From Eledone cirrhosa (lineage: Eukaryota), in the NCBI GenBank assembly GCA_964016885.1, contig OZ024741.1:192076001-192140000 (forward strand): a stretch of DNA of 64,000 bases, written 5' to 3'. The notes beneath the pieces are model-generated. The model saw only the letters and a list, made by a program, of their open reading frames with translations. It was not told where the DNA came from and searched no databases. This document shows, in pieces, positions 13,900 to 26,549 of the stretch; position 1 is the first letter of the stretch; each line of letters starts with the position of its first letter. The position numbers and the translations under genes were made by a program.

Positions 13900-16771
13900 C
13901 ATCATCATCATCATCATCATCATCGTTTAACGTCCATCTTCCACGCTTGCATGGGTTTGGACGGGAGTTTTCCCACTTGAGGCAAGAGTGGTTGTCTTGC
14001 TCGCATAGGACTGTGTGGCAGGTTTTCTACGGCTGGATGCCCTTCCTAACACCAACCTCGTTTACAGTGTGGACTGGGAGGTTTTTACCGTGTTACCTAC
14101 ACGGCCACATTACAGCGCGGACTGTGTGTTTTTTTGTCGTGACACCTACACGACCTCATTTGTTTCGGACTGGATGGTGTGGCACCAACATAACTTTACA
14201 TTGAAAGAGGTGGTGTGGATGGGGTGGGGTTAGTGGGACGGGGGTGTATTTTTGTTAGAGCTGCCTACTGACTGTAGTAGGTTTCATTTTGTACTTAGGT
14301 AAGGTGGGTTTTCTCTGTATTACTGTGTAGCGCCAAAGATCTCGGTTCAGTGACATTGTCTTGGAGAGGTGTAAGTGTGTGAGGTCGGAATTTATCAAGT
14401 CGTCCCAGGTTTTTCTGGGTCTGCCTACTCAGTGGCTATCGTCTATTTTTATTGCGCTGCACTTTTTTATACAGCTGTCGTCTTTCATGCGCATCATGTG
14501 ACCTTCTCTCAAGTAAACAACATCTGATCCCTCTTATTTCTAATTTTTCCCTTAGTTCGTTTATGCTTTGCCATTCACGTATATTACTATTACACATCCA
14601 GCGGAGCATGCAAGCTTCGTTCCTCTCCAGTCTGCGTATATCCTCTGCACACAATGCCCAGGTCTCACTTCCATGTAACATTGCTGTTCGTATGCAGGCA
14701 TCATACAGCCTGCCTTTCATTTTTAGAGAGAACCCTTTAGCGGCCATTAGTGGTATAAGCTCTCTGAACTTTTTCCATCCCGTTCTGACTCTAGCTACTG
14801 TACTTTCAGAGCACCCTCCCCCACTGCTGATTTTATCACTCAGGTAAAGGAAGCTGTCCACTATTTCTATAGAACCATCTGTGCAATGGAATGAGTTAGT
14901 ATTCTGTGGGCACTTGCTGCTACTTATTGCACCAGAGCACCGGCCACATATAAAATCTATATTCTTAGTTAGCTTACCTGTGATCCCACTACATCTTTTA
15001 TGTACCCATACTTTGCATTTGGGACATAAAAAGGAGTTTCTACCTACTTCTTTCCTACACAATGAGCATGATGGGACCGGTGCCCTATTTTCCTTCCTAC
15101 AAACTAGAACTTTAGTCTTAGACAAGTTAACTTTAAGGCTTTTTGATTCTAGGCCATGCTTCCATGTTTGGATTTTCTTTTCTAGTTCAGCCATTGATTC
15201 AGCTATGAGCGTTAAATCATCTGCATATAGGAGTTCCCATGGGCAGCCGGTCGTGAACTCCTCTGTTATAGCCTGAAGGGTAATAATTAATAGTAGGGGG
15301 CTAAGGACGGAGCCCTGATGAACACCAACTTTTACGCTAAACTCTTCACTATATTCGTTGTTAATTCTAACCTTGCTGACTGTTTCTTTATACATGGCTT
15401 GTATAGCTCTCACAAGCCATTCATCAACACCTAGTTTTCTAAGGGCCCACCAGATAATCGAGCGGGGTACTCTGTCAAAGGCTTTCTCCAAGTCAACAAA
15501 AGCTAAGTATAGGGGTTTACTTTTAGCTAGGTACTTCTCCTGTAGTTGTCGTACAATGAAAAGAGCGTCTGTTGTACTTTTACCTGACACAAACCCAAAC
15601 TGCATTTCGTCTAGATCACAGGTTCTCAACCCATTTAGGCCAACGCCCCCTTTTGTCCCTCGAAATCACGAAACGCCCCCCCCCCCCCCACCACCCTATT
15701 TTTCCATTTTTCAATATACTACTGATTTTTATATCAGTAGATTACTAAAAAATTGATTAACAATTGATTAAAAATTGATTAACAATTTTTTCTTTTCTTT
15801 TTTTTATTTGTAATATTATTTATACAATAGGGAATAAAATAGATCTACATAGTGTTAACTCGTCGCGGTTGAGTCAATAATTTCAGACATGAAATACATT
15901 GTTATCGGTGAAAGAAAGATAAGATCCTAACCGGCTTCGCTCAAAGTGTTTTTGAACAGTTGACTGTGGGTTTTTACATTTTTAGGATCTCAATTACCGG
16001 ACATGCCTGCACACCTGCTCACAGCTGCAGTTCGACTATAGTTATGCTGTCTGCAAGCTCATTCAAATGCATTCACACTGGCTGTCTCAAAGACAAACAA
16101 ATACGGCTTATAAAACCCCCCTAACGCGACCTTGCTTCCAAACGCCCTCCTGGGTGTGCATATGCCCCCCGTTGAGAACCTTTGGTCTAGATCAATTCGC
16201 TCTCTGATTAGTTGCGCTATTACTTTTTCTGTGACCTTCATGACCTGGTCAATTAATTTAATGCCTCTATAGTTTCCCCTATCTAGAGCATCACCTTTAC
16301 CCTTGTAGCAGTTAATGATGATGCTGCTGCGCCAGTCCTTCGGAACGACCCCATTCTGTATGACTTGGTTTACTATCCGGGTGACCATAGTGTGTCCCAC
16401 CGTTCCAGATGCTTTCAGCATTTCAGCAACTATTTCCAAAGGCCCAGCTGCCTTGCCTGTCTTCATATCTTTGATCGCCTTACTTATTATACTACCTTCA
16501 ACTTGCACTGCTGGTCCCTCTATTGGGTCGATGTGGGGGAGACTGTCTTTCTCCCAATTATTCTCCTCATTTAGTAGCCTTTCGTAGTGACACTTCCAAG
16601 CTACCTTCTTATCAGCGTCAGTGATGGCAAGTACACCATCATCATTTAGGACACACTTCTCCCCGACAATATCACTGTTTTCCTTGACACATTGCCTAGC
16701 AATCCTGAACACCTCACGTTTTTGGTCTTCGCGTTGTAGAACATGCTTGAACTTTCTTTCCTCTGCTTCCC
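13900..16771 (-). mobile_element. 5'-truncated RTE-clade LINE with RT domain, split by a hAT MITE
   Basis: ORFs 16059-16847 and 14436-15629 join across the MITE (ERIDLD|EMQFGF). Motifs KGKGDALDRGNYRGI, FVDLEKAFDRV, GVHQGSVLSP and LLYADDL. (GAT)n 3' tail at 13900-13924; 5' end abuts (TA)(CA)n. Confidence 0.92.
15617..16184. mobile_element. Non-autonomous hAT (Charlie-like) MITE, 568 bp
   Basis: 14-bp TIRs CACAGGTTCTCAAC / GTTGAGAACCTTTG (1 mismatch). Exact 8-bp TSD GTCTAGAT at 15609-15616 and 16185-16192, the NTCTAGAN site typical of Charlie elements. Confidence 0.93.
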
Positions 16772-16811
<40 letters not shown>

Positions 16812-17034
16812 TACATATGTAATAAATACATACACACACACACACACACATATATATATGTGTGTGTCTATCCAATCTAAGTTAGCATGGAAAAATGGAC
16901 TTTACATGATGATGATAAACAATTATATCATTTTAAAACATGTAAAACAGTAATGAGAAAAACTCTAACACACACATTGGATAGGTTTACAAATTCCAAG
17001 ATGTGCAAAAATGATTGTTTAAATTAAGACTGAC

Positions 17035-17115
17035 CTCCAGGCCATCTAGGTAAGACAGTATGTTTGGATGTCGAAGTGTTTTTAATCTTTTAAAGGCAGC
17101 TTGAGCAGTTTGAAG
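17035..17115 (-). CDS. SCYL1: SCYL1 coding exon 3 ([27 protein letters not shown])
   Basis: ttttccag acceptor, GTCAGT donor, 81 bp. Contains the [15 protein letters not shown]..DGLE motif. Confidence 0.95.
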
Positions 17116-17229
17116 CTGGAAAATGAAGAAAATAATTGACAGATGTGAAGTGTGTGAAATAGATATTATTACATTACAACATGGAGATTATATGAGAGAG
17201 AATGGATTTAATCTAAACTAGATGGATTT

Positions 17230-17560
17230 AAACAACCATTTTATGACAGACCAGTTGTTCAAATATTATCACTAGCACTGTATAGAGTACATAGCTTGGA
17301 AATCAGACAGTCGCTACTTCTCTGAATTGAGAGATCACAGCTCCAATATTATGGATATGTAGTTAGAATGTCTTAGGAAAGAATTTCAGGAGACCCATGG
17401 GTAGACACCAAGCAAGATGTTTGGATAACATCCATGGACATGCCTTGTCTCACCTGGGGATCTAGCTTGATCAATTGGAGACAGTTGCTCCTGACAGGAC
17501 CTGCTGGAAGGCGTGCTTGAGGACTCTGCCTCCACAACCCTCATAGAGAGAAGAAGGAGG
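17230..17560 (+). mobile_element. 3' fragment of a second RTE-like LINE family with (GAA)n tail
   Basis: Homologous, in reverse orientation, to 21095-21500, 18140-18320 and 44345-44550. Confidence 0.55.
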
Positions 17561-18361
17561 AGGAGGAGATGTGTCTATAGCAAAAACATTTCGCTATGAA
17601 ATGGTTCAGGTCATTTGGTTGTCAATGGCTACCATAATGTAAGAAAAATTCATGGCTATAAACTGTGATAATACTCTAAGACCAAGTTCACAAATTAGTT
17701 TAGATATTTAGATAATTGGCAGTTTAACCCTTTCATTACCATATTTCTAATGAAATACTTTGTATTTTAATTATTTAAACCCTTTAGTTACCAACCTGGC
17801 CAAAACTGGCTCTGATCCTAATTTTGTATAAGAACCTTATATTAAGTTACTATCTTAATAATGAAATAATTAATAATTTCAATAAATCCCTCAAAATTCT
17901 TCATCAATTAATTAAAATGAATGTATTTCATTAGAAATGCAATCATGAAAGTGTTAATGAAGAAATTGGAAAGGATTTACTAAAAATTTGGTTTCATTAA
18001 AATGGTATTTCTAACATAACAAAATGTTTTTATATAAAATTATGTTGGAAGGTTTTAATGTAGGTAAGAACCCTTTAAAATGCGTGCTTTGTTTCATTGA
18101 AACTGATAATTTTGAGCAGGTTGGCGCCGCTGCCACCACCTTCTTCTTTGCTCACTTATTCTTGACAGGGTTGTAGGGGCAGAGTCATCAAATACTTCTT
18201 CCAGTGGGTCCTGTCAGAAGAAACCGTTCCCAATTAATCTGGCTGGATCAGCTATAGTGCGTTTAGGACAGGCCACTTGTTATATTTCTCCTCCTCCGAA
18301 GAGATTTTATCTCGAAATATCAGGACAGATAAATATATAAGGTAACACATAACATCTTATA

Positions 18362-18971
18362 TAATGAAATTATTGTGTAAAGTGCTCAGGTGCACTACAA
18401 CTCGTCAATATAGTACATAGAATAATACACAAATGTCAGGGAAGTACATGTTTGTATGTGTTAGCTGTAGCGTTGGCGGATCTCGGGAAGCATGGAGGCC
18501 TTAAAGGATGCAGTGTCTCGACAGCTAACAACTGATGCAGGTAGTTTGTTCCATGCTTCAGCAACTCTGAGCGTGAAAAAATGTTTCCGAAAGTCATGGG
18601 AACTGTGCTGTTTTCTTACTTTGTGGGCATGTCCACGTGTGTTAGACACTTGGAGATCAAAAAGATGCTCAGGGTTGTTGTTGGCAACATGGTTAACAAT
18701 TTTGTGGGTGTTTACCAAGTCAGTTGCCAGGCGTCGGAGCTTCAATGAATCCATGCCCAGGGAAGCAAGGCGCTCAGAGTATGGTAGATGCCTGATGGAG
18801 GGTATTCGCTTGGTTGCACGTCTCTGAACAGTTTCCAGGCGGTCAATGTCCTGAGCAAGATAGGGGTTCCAGACTGGTGATGCAAATTCTAAGTGTGGTC
18901 GCACCATAGCTGTATACAGCCTTAAATAGATATCTGGAGAGCGGCTGACAAAGGTCTTGCTGAGTGATGCT
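18362..18971 (-). mobile_element. CR1-clade LINE 3' fragment
   Basis: MVRPHLEFASPVWNPY, LETVQRRATK, NTRGH and FFTLRVAEAWNKLP, followed by 3'UTR and ATT tail. Confidence 0.88.
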
Positions 18972-19099
18972 TTGCTTCATCTTATTTTCTTGTTCATCCA
19001 TTTTGCATTGTCGTGGCCTTCAAACTTCCCTTTCTTTCTCTCTCAATCTCTCATATATACATACATACATATATATATATATGAATATATATATATATA

Positions 19100-19365
19100 T
19101 CCAGGGAGTGTAACACGAAGTTACTGTAGGTTCACCCTGGTGAGCACTCGATGTTTAGGTTCACGTCAGTATCGAAGTGTAGAACTAGACAGAGTGTAAT
19201 ATAATAATACAGGGACGAATGATTACGCCTTCATTGTGTTTATTGGTTGGTGACGCACGTTTCACTACTGAACAGCTCAAGGTTCGATCTGTATCGATCT
19301 GACCCGACTCTGGAATCAAAAGCTCGTTGGACCTCTGTACAGAACTCTGATCAGTAGCAAAACGG
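19100..19365 (-). mobile_element. Solo pseudo-LTR of the Penelope-like family
   Basis: 19100-19187 matches 30050-30120 (ccagggagtgtaac...ttactgtaggttcacc) and 19210-19335 matches 34921-35015. Contains GAAACGTGCGTCACC; abuts (TA)n. Confidence 0.7.
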
Positions 19366-19555
19366 TGGATTGGCAGTATCGGCAGAGGGTCAGACGCCAT
19401 GCTTTGCAGCATAGAGTTATGCCCCTTTATGATCTGAGTTCAAATCCCGCCGAGGTTAACTTTGCCTTTCATCCTTACAGGGTCGATAAAATAAAGTACC
19501 AGTAATACACTGGAATTGCTGGCCTTGTGCCAAAAGTAGAAACAATTATTATTAT
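19366..19555 (+). mobile_element. SINE family A copy
   Basis: Same head, body and (ATT)n tail. Other copies at about 20510-20690(+), 21675-21855(-), 44148-44320(+), 44716-44930(+), 48030-48400(+, old), 55930-56050(-), 59005-59080(+) and 61245-61430(-). Confidence 0.8.
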
Positions 19556-19589
<34 letters not shown>

Positions 19590-19975
19590 TGAAGAGGGAA
19601 TGATAAAAAAGGAAAGAGACCGAGACAGAGAGAAGCAGAGAGAGAGAGAGAGTCAGAGAGAGATGGAGAATGAGACAGAAAGAGTCAGAGAGAGAGTTGA
19701 TCTCGATCAGACTGACTTATCTCTAGATATACACATGTCATGTAAAATATGGTGTTACTATGAACCATAGGTGGTATGTATGTATATACATACCACCTAT
19801 GGATAGACATCAACTCTCTCTCTCTTTCTCTCTAGCTCTCCTCCTTTGTATGTTTTGGTGATGAAAGTGGGGTGGTAAGTTTATTATGCTGGTGAGATGG
19901 TATGATGGTATGTGGTGGGTTATGACATGCAACTACTTGGCACAGACACATGAATAACACCAAATCCAACCTTAC

Positions 19976-20035
19976 CTGGGTACTGTCAGCACTTTTTACA
20001 TCAAAAGCAAAAATAGAAACTGGATCAGCATTGAC
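19976..20035 (-). CDS. SCYL1: SCYL1 coding exon 2 (VNADPVSIFAFDVKSADSTQ)
   Basis: tttacag acceptor, GTAAG donor, 60 bp, phase 0. Corresponds to SCYL1 'PVSIFVYDVK'. Confidence 0.9.
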
Positions 20036-20097
20036 CTGTAAATAAAATTAACAATTGTCTTAATTAACCTGTATCTTGAGTGACAACATTAATTGAA

Positions 20098-20782
20098 CTA
20101 GCAGAAAAACCACCCTTAGAGTGGTTTTCTGCTAGCATGTGTAGTGTGTATATTGATATTATATGCAGGTATATATATATGTATATATATATATACATGT
20201 AGATATGATACATCAAATAAAATCATAATTGACAATATATAATACATAGAAATTGAACGAAGACTGTGTTACACTGTCTTATGTAATCAGTAACGTAATC
20301 CATGATACATTAAAAAAGACGATATTATATATAAACTGCATTAGGAGAAAATCAGTGACAGAAAATTAGTATGTTTATTTAAGTGATCGCCACCGGAAGT
20401 GTTGACATTTCAGAAATTTTAAAGAAGTGAATCTTTAAATAAACAAAATATATTTAATCAACAGCCACGAAATTCAGTAGATAAATTATCTAATATTCAT
20501 TCATTATTTATTTGGCAGTATCGGTAGAGGGTCAGACGCCATGCTTTCCAGCAGAGTTACGTCCCTTTACGATCTGAGTTCAAATCCCGCCGAGGTTGAC
20601 TTTGCCTTTCATCCTTACGGGGTCGATAAAATAAAGTACCAGTAATGCACTGGGTAATTGCTGGCCTTGTGCCAAAAGTAGAAACAATTATTTATTCAAA
20701 GTAATCCAACTTATTTTACTAATGGGATAAAAAATTATAAACCATACACAGTCCTGCGCTCCTTACTTTTTTATAGTTTAGA
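20098..20782 (-). mobile_element. Non-autonomous Helitron, full length, with internal SINE
   Basis: Minus strand begins A|TCTAAAC and ends in a hairpin finishing CTAG|T, so it is inserted in an AT site with no TSD. Homology with the copy at 24559-25027 stops exactly at the TC end. Confidence 0.8.
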
Positions 20783-21094
20783 TTACAGGTGTCTAATTAA
20801 TGTGAAGTATCCTGGGTGTATGTGGCTGGGTGAAGTCAGATCTCAGGACCATGGGATCATGGAGGAGATGACAATATGGTCATTACAATTGGTGATATGT
20901 TGTTTACAATAGCAGACCTCTTCAATCAAGTCATCATGGAGAAAAAAATGACCATGATGATGAAGATGGTGCTTAGGGTAATATGGATGATGAGGATGTT
21001 ACTGATTAACCCTTTTGATAGCAAACCGAAAGAAACCATCTTGATTTTATGATACAAAACTACTTATTATAAAATGATTATATCAAATCTTTTT

Positions 21095-21500
21095 GTTCTT
21101 CTTCACCCACTTATTCCTGGGAGGGTTGTGGGGGAATAGTCCTCAAACATCTTCCAGCAGGTCCTCTCAGAAGCAGCTGTCTCTTCAAGCGAGACCAACC
21201 AAGCTCATGGATGTTATCCAATCACCTTGCTTGGGGTCTACCACTGGGCTTCCGGCTGGGTTTTGCCCATAAAATCTGTTGAGTGATTCTTTCCTGAGAC
21301 ATTCTAATCACATGTCTATAGTATCAGAGCTGTGATCTCTCAATTTGGAGAAGTAGCGCTCTACCAGGAATAATTCCGAAATTCAAACTATGCACCCTAT
21401 TAAGTAACATTAATCCGAAGACCCTTTGGAGGAGCCCCATTTTGGCCACTTATATCTGTGATCATATTTTTCCGATCATTACCCAAGACTCATGATTCTT
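21095..21500 (-). mobile_element. 3' fragment of the same RTE-like LINE family
   Basis: Shares gggttgtgggg..gtcc..cttccagc.ggtcc..tcagaagca with the other copies. Confidence 0.55.
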
Positions 21501-22177
21501 TTTATCCTAATTTTATTCAAGAAATTTTAAGTAATGTTCTAACTATAAGCTTACTAATGAAAGAGTTAGTTATTTTATTAAATTCCTGCCAAAATATTTG
21601 ATTATTTTTCGAATTTATTGAAACATATAGGCAGTGTAATTTCATTAGAAATATGTTACTGAAAGGGTTAATAATTGTTTCTACTTTTGGCACAAGGCCA
21701 GCAATTATCCAGTACATTACTGGTACTTTATTTAATTGACCTCGTAAGGATGAAAGGCAAAGTTAACCTCGGCGGGATTTGAACTCAGATCATAAAGGGA
21801 GGTAACTCTATGTTTCAAAGCATCGCGTCTGACCCTCTACCGATACCGCCAATCCAAATGACCTTTGCACATGGTGCAACACTGAAACTGCATTTGAGTA
21901 GTTGAATGAGTTGTAAATAAGTATTCATGTAAACAAACATAAACACTGCTGTATGCAATGCATCCATGCTGTCAATAATTATGACAATAGCATTGAACAT
22001 ATTTAATTTTTGGAGTCCAGGATTGGTATGCCATATATATACCAGGATTACTGGATATATGAACAATCATACAAACTGCAGTTTGATAAATTAATGTTTT
22101 GTATGAAAGAAACCCTATGACTTATGTTGATTACTGACACATGGAAGTGATTACAGATAATGATATTTTAATAATAT

Positions 22178-22512
22178 CATCATCATTCCATTTTACGTCC
22201 GCTTTTTCCCTGCTTGCAAGGGTGAGACGGGAACTGATTCTGGCTTGATTTCTACAGCTGGATGCCCTTCCTAACACCAACCTCATTTACAGTGAGTGCT
22301 GGGTGCTTTTTTTTCCGTGGCACATCCACGACCACTTTGCAGTGGAATGATATGGACCCCAGTCGCTATCATCTCATTTCTACAGCTGAGTAAACTGGAG
22401 CAATGTGAAATAAAGTGTCTTGCTCAAGGAAACAACACATCACCCGGAGAATTGAACTCACAGCCTTTCAATTGCAAGGCCAATGCTCTAACCACTAAGC
22501 CATGTGCCTCCA
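22178..22512 (-). mobile_element. SINE family C copy
   Basis: Near-identical to 4320-4713. Confidence 0.8.
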
Positions 22513-23084
22513 ATATATTTCTAGAATATAATTACATAAATGTTCAGGATATTTATACAACATAGAAGATTAAATATATGAGTAACTTAAGAGAAATAAC
22601 TATTTACAGGAACAAATGTAGGTTTAGAACCCAGGATCTAGTGATTGGAAAGCAAACTACTTATTGTAGCAACATGACTGACATAGGAACTGCACTATGT
22701 GGTTGTGTGTACATTTTAAAGAGTTACAGGCACAGATATATATAAATATACAAACACACAAAGTGTATCATAATTATTGATACAACACAGTACACACATA
22801 TTTTTTTAATAGGGTTCTATTTAATGATTGAAAAGCCATTTGGCCATGCAACGTCCATATATATATTTAATATTACTATTTTATACACCCTCTGAAAGTA
22901 AACTTAATCAACAGAGACAAACTATGTAACACATAACCATGTACCTTCCTGTGTAATGACTGGTATGACTGAGCAAAATAGGCAGGAAATATTCTCTTTT
23001 TATGTCAACATATGTAATATATTTTGCAGTTTCACTCATTGCATGTGGTCAAACCAACATCATGCATTCACATATATATATAAT

Positions 23085-24475
23085 CTTACCTCAAATGGGA
23101 CAATTCCCATCTAACCCATGCTAGCGTGGAAGATAGATGTTAAACGATGATGATGATAACGCCAGCACCAACAGTTTTGCAAGAGATGTCAACATGAGTG
23201 AACCTATTATTTTTATCTAAAGACAATTTTTCCAATTCCATCCCGCCCGTCCCCTTAATCTATTTTATTTCTCATTCTTTCTTCTGATGAAGGACTAGCG
23301 TCCGAAACGTTAAGACCCTCTTCCTGCTATATCAAGCGTTAACCTAATATATACCTTCCATATTACCTTTTACATACATATATATATTTAACGTCTATCT
23401 TCCACGCTAGGAAGATAGCCGTTAAACGATGATGATGATATATATATAAAGGATCGATTGACTTTTGTCAAATTGGACCGAGGAAACAATGTTTCCATTG
23501 GTCTTTCCAATTGCTAATACTATCTATCGGTCACAACTCTAGGTAGAAGGAGCAATGTGAAATAAAGTGTCTTGCTCAAGGACATAACGCATTGCCCGGT
23601 CCAGGAATTGAACTCATAATCTCACGATTGTGAATCCAATTCTCTAACCACTCAGCCACACGCTTTCATATATATTAAACGATGATTATATATATATATA
23701 TATCATCGTCATGACAAAAAAACACACAGTCCACGCTGTAATGTGGCCATGTAGGTAACACGGTAAAAACCTCCCAGTTCCACACTGTAAATGTGGTTGG
23801 TGTTAGGAAGGGCATCCAGGCGTAGAAAACCCGCCAGACAGTCCTATGCGAGCAAGACAACCACTCTTGCCTCAAGTGGGAAAACTCCCGTCCAAACCCA
23901 TGCAAGCGTGGAATATGGACGTTAAACGATGATGATGATGATCATCATCATCATCATCGTTTAACGTCTATCTTCCACGCTAGCATGGGTTAAACGGGAA
24001 TTGTCCCACTTGAGGCAAGATTGATTGGGTGATCATGTCTCGCTCGTACATAACTGTATCTGGCAGGTTTTCTACAGCTGGATGCCCTTCCTAACACCAA
24101 CCACATTTACAAGTGTGGACTGGTAGCCTTTTTTTCGTGACACCTACACGACCACTTTAGTCTGGACTGGATGTTCTGTGGTACCAACATAACTTTACAG
24201 AGAAAGGGTGGTGTGGGTGTGAGTGGGAGGATGGAGTAAGAGTAGTGGGTTGGGGTGTATATTTGGTTATGAAGTATATATATAAATCATCATCATCATC
24301 GTTTAACGTCTATCTTCCACGCTAGCATGGGTTAGACGGGAGTTGTCCCAATTTGAGGCAAGGTTGGTCGGGTGACCGTGTCTCGCTCGTATAGGTGACT
24401 TGGCATTGCTCACAACAGGACAACTCGTCTAACCCATGCTAGCGTGGAAGAATGAACATAAAATGATGATGTTAT
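23085..24475. repeat. Cluster of RTE/SINE 3'-tail fragments in both orientations
   Basis: At least six gtttaacgtc.atcttccacgct termini with (CAT)n or (GAT)n tails; tail-to-tail junction at about 23941. Confidence 0.8.
23280..23315 (+). ncRNA. Minimal type I hammerhead ribozyme motif
   Basis: TCTT-CTGATGA-A-GGAC(TAGC)GTCC-GAAA-CG-TT^AAGA: stem I TCTT/AAGA, stem II GGAC/GTCC, palindromic ACGT stem III, predicted cleavage after 23311. Confidence 0.75.
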
Positions 24476-24558
24476 ATATACTGACCTTGCACGACAAAAT
24501 GGTCAGAATTTCCAATATAAATACAGAAATATAAACAATGGAATTATAATAAATGTAT

Positions 24559-25027
24559 CAAGCAGGTGGTTTTCTGCTAGCATGTGTAGTATGTATATTG
24601 ATATTATACGCAAGTATATATGCATGTAGATATGATACACCAAATAAAATTGTAATTGACAATATACACAGAAATTGAACGAAGACTGCGTTACACTGTC
24701 TTAGGTAATCAGTAATGTAATCCATGATACAAAAGACGATATTATATATATAAACTGCATTAGGAGAACATTAGTGATGGAAATATAAGAATATTTATTT
24801 AAGCGATCGCTAACCGGAAGTGTTGACATTTGAAAATTTTAAAGAAGTGAATCTTAAAATAAGCAACAAAATTATTTATATTTAATCAAGAATAACGAAA
24901 TTTAGTAGATAAATTATGTAATATTCATTCATTATTTATTCAAAGTAATCTAACTTATTTTACAAACGGGATAAAAAAAATATATTCTGGACGCAGTCCC
25001 GGACTCCTTACTTTATTTTAGTTTAGA
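24559..25027 (-). mobile_element. Non-autonomous Helitron copy, 3' hairpin partly deleted
   Basis: Colinear with 20098-20782 apart from the SINE; same A|TCTAAAC 5' end. Confidence 0.78.
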
Positions 25028-25337
25028 TTCTTGGTGTGTTTTGCCTATTCATTCATACGTTACACACACATACATCTACACATAAATACATAAACAACTA
25101 CACAGACAACAGAGGTGCAAACACACACATATCTACTCATACATATCCATACATAGACACATTATAGAAAATAATTATTACATACACACACATCTATGTA
25201 ATGATTGAGGAAGGAAGGGGCTTATGAAACACTATAGTGATGAGCGCTCCAAGATTAGCTACACTTGTGTTTTGTGTGTGTTTTGTGTGAATGTATGTGT
25301 TTGTATGTTTACATTTATATACTCAGACATAAATGTA

Positions 25338-25685
25338 TCATCATCATCATCATCATTTCGTTTTAAGTCCGCTTTTTCCCTGCTTGCAAGGGTGGGACGG
25401 GAACTGATTCTGGCTTGATTTCTACAGCTGGATGCTCTTCCTAACACCAACCTCATTTACAGTGAGTGCTGGGTGCTTTTTTGCCATGGCACCTCCACGA
25501 CCACATTGCAGTGGAATGATATGGACCCCAGTCCCTATCATCTCATTTCTACAGCTGAGTAAACTGGAGCAATGTGAAATAAAGTGTCTTGCTCAAGGAA
25601 ACAACACATCACCCGGTCTGAGAATTGAACTCACAACCTTTCGATTGCAAGGCCAATGCTCTAACCACTAAGCCATGTGCTTCCA
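25338..25685 (-). mobile_element. SINE family C copy
   Basis: Near-identical to 4320-4713; (GAT)n tail. Confidence 0.8.
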
Positions 25686-26549
25686 TGTATACATATACAT
25701 TTACACATACACACACAATTGTAATGAATTGGTGTGTTTATGTGTACAGAGACGTGAGGAAATGAATGAAGAACAGAGGCATATCATTTTAAAGCAAGGT
25801 AGACTAAGACAAAAGGAGAGAAGAGATAATATACAACTAGATGAACATCTCTTAAATAGCTCCTTTTAATTTTTTTCATCCGTGGAATTTCCACAGGTTT
25901 TGCTAGTATCAAATATTTTGTTACCATTTCCTGTCTGGTGATATAACGAATAAAATATTCATGGTTTTGTTGTGTTCCTTGTCTAATTTCTGAATACAAA
26001 ACAGACTTTTATATACCTAGATAATTAAATTAAAAACAGGACAAAATGAAAACAAATAATTAGGAGTTGATGTGGATAATGTTAGTGTGCGTGTTTAATT
26101 CTGCTCTTTTCTGACTAAGGGAGGGAATGTTAATTTAACAACAAGCTGTCATCCTTTGTTGCAATTAACAACAATCATAGCTTATATAATTAAACAATCT
26201 CTATGTTGATAGATTGGGGGGGGGGGGAGTACAGAAGGAAGGCCCTTTATATAGATGCCCCCCCAAAAAAAAAATCAACGCCATTGAGGACTCAACATGG
26301 ACGTCTGACCTGTTAGAAAGAGCAACCAAATCTCTCTTAAAGCAAACATTAATCTTAAAAAAAGAATATAGTAGATAATCGTATTGAAGAAAAAAAAAGG
26401 TGGAATGTTCAGAGCCAGAACACCTTTGATCATAGGTCTAGTAATTTAGGACTAACAGGTGACTAAATAATAAAAACAAAATTACCAGAAAGAAAGCAAA
26501 GTGAAGGGTAACATAAGTGTTACTGCTTCTGCCTTGATAACATTTTATG

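Noticed and set aside
14452-16587. Plus-strand ORFs of 90-130 aa
   Set aside because: Antisense shadows of the RTE reverse transcriptase frame.
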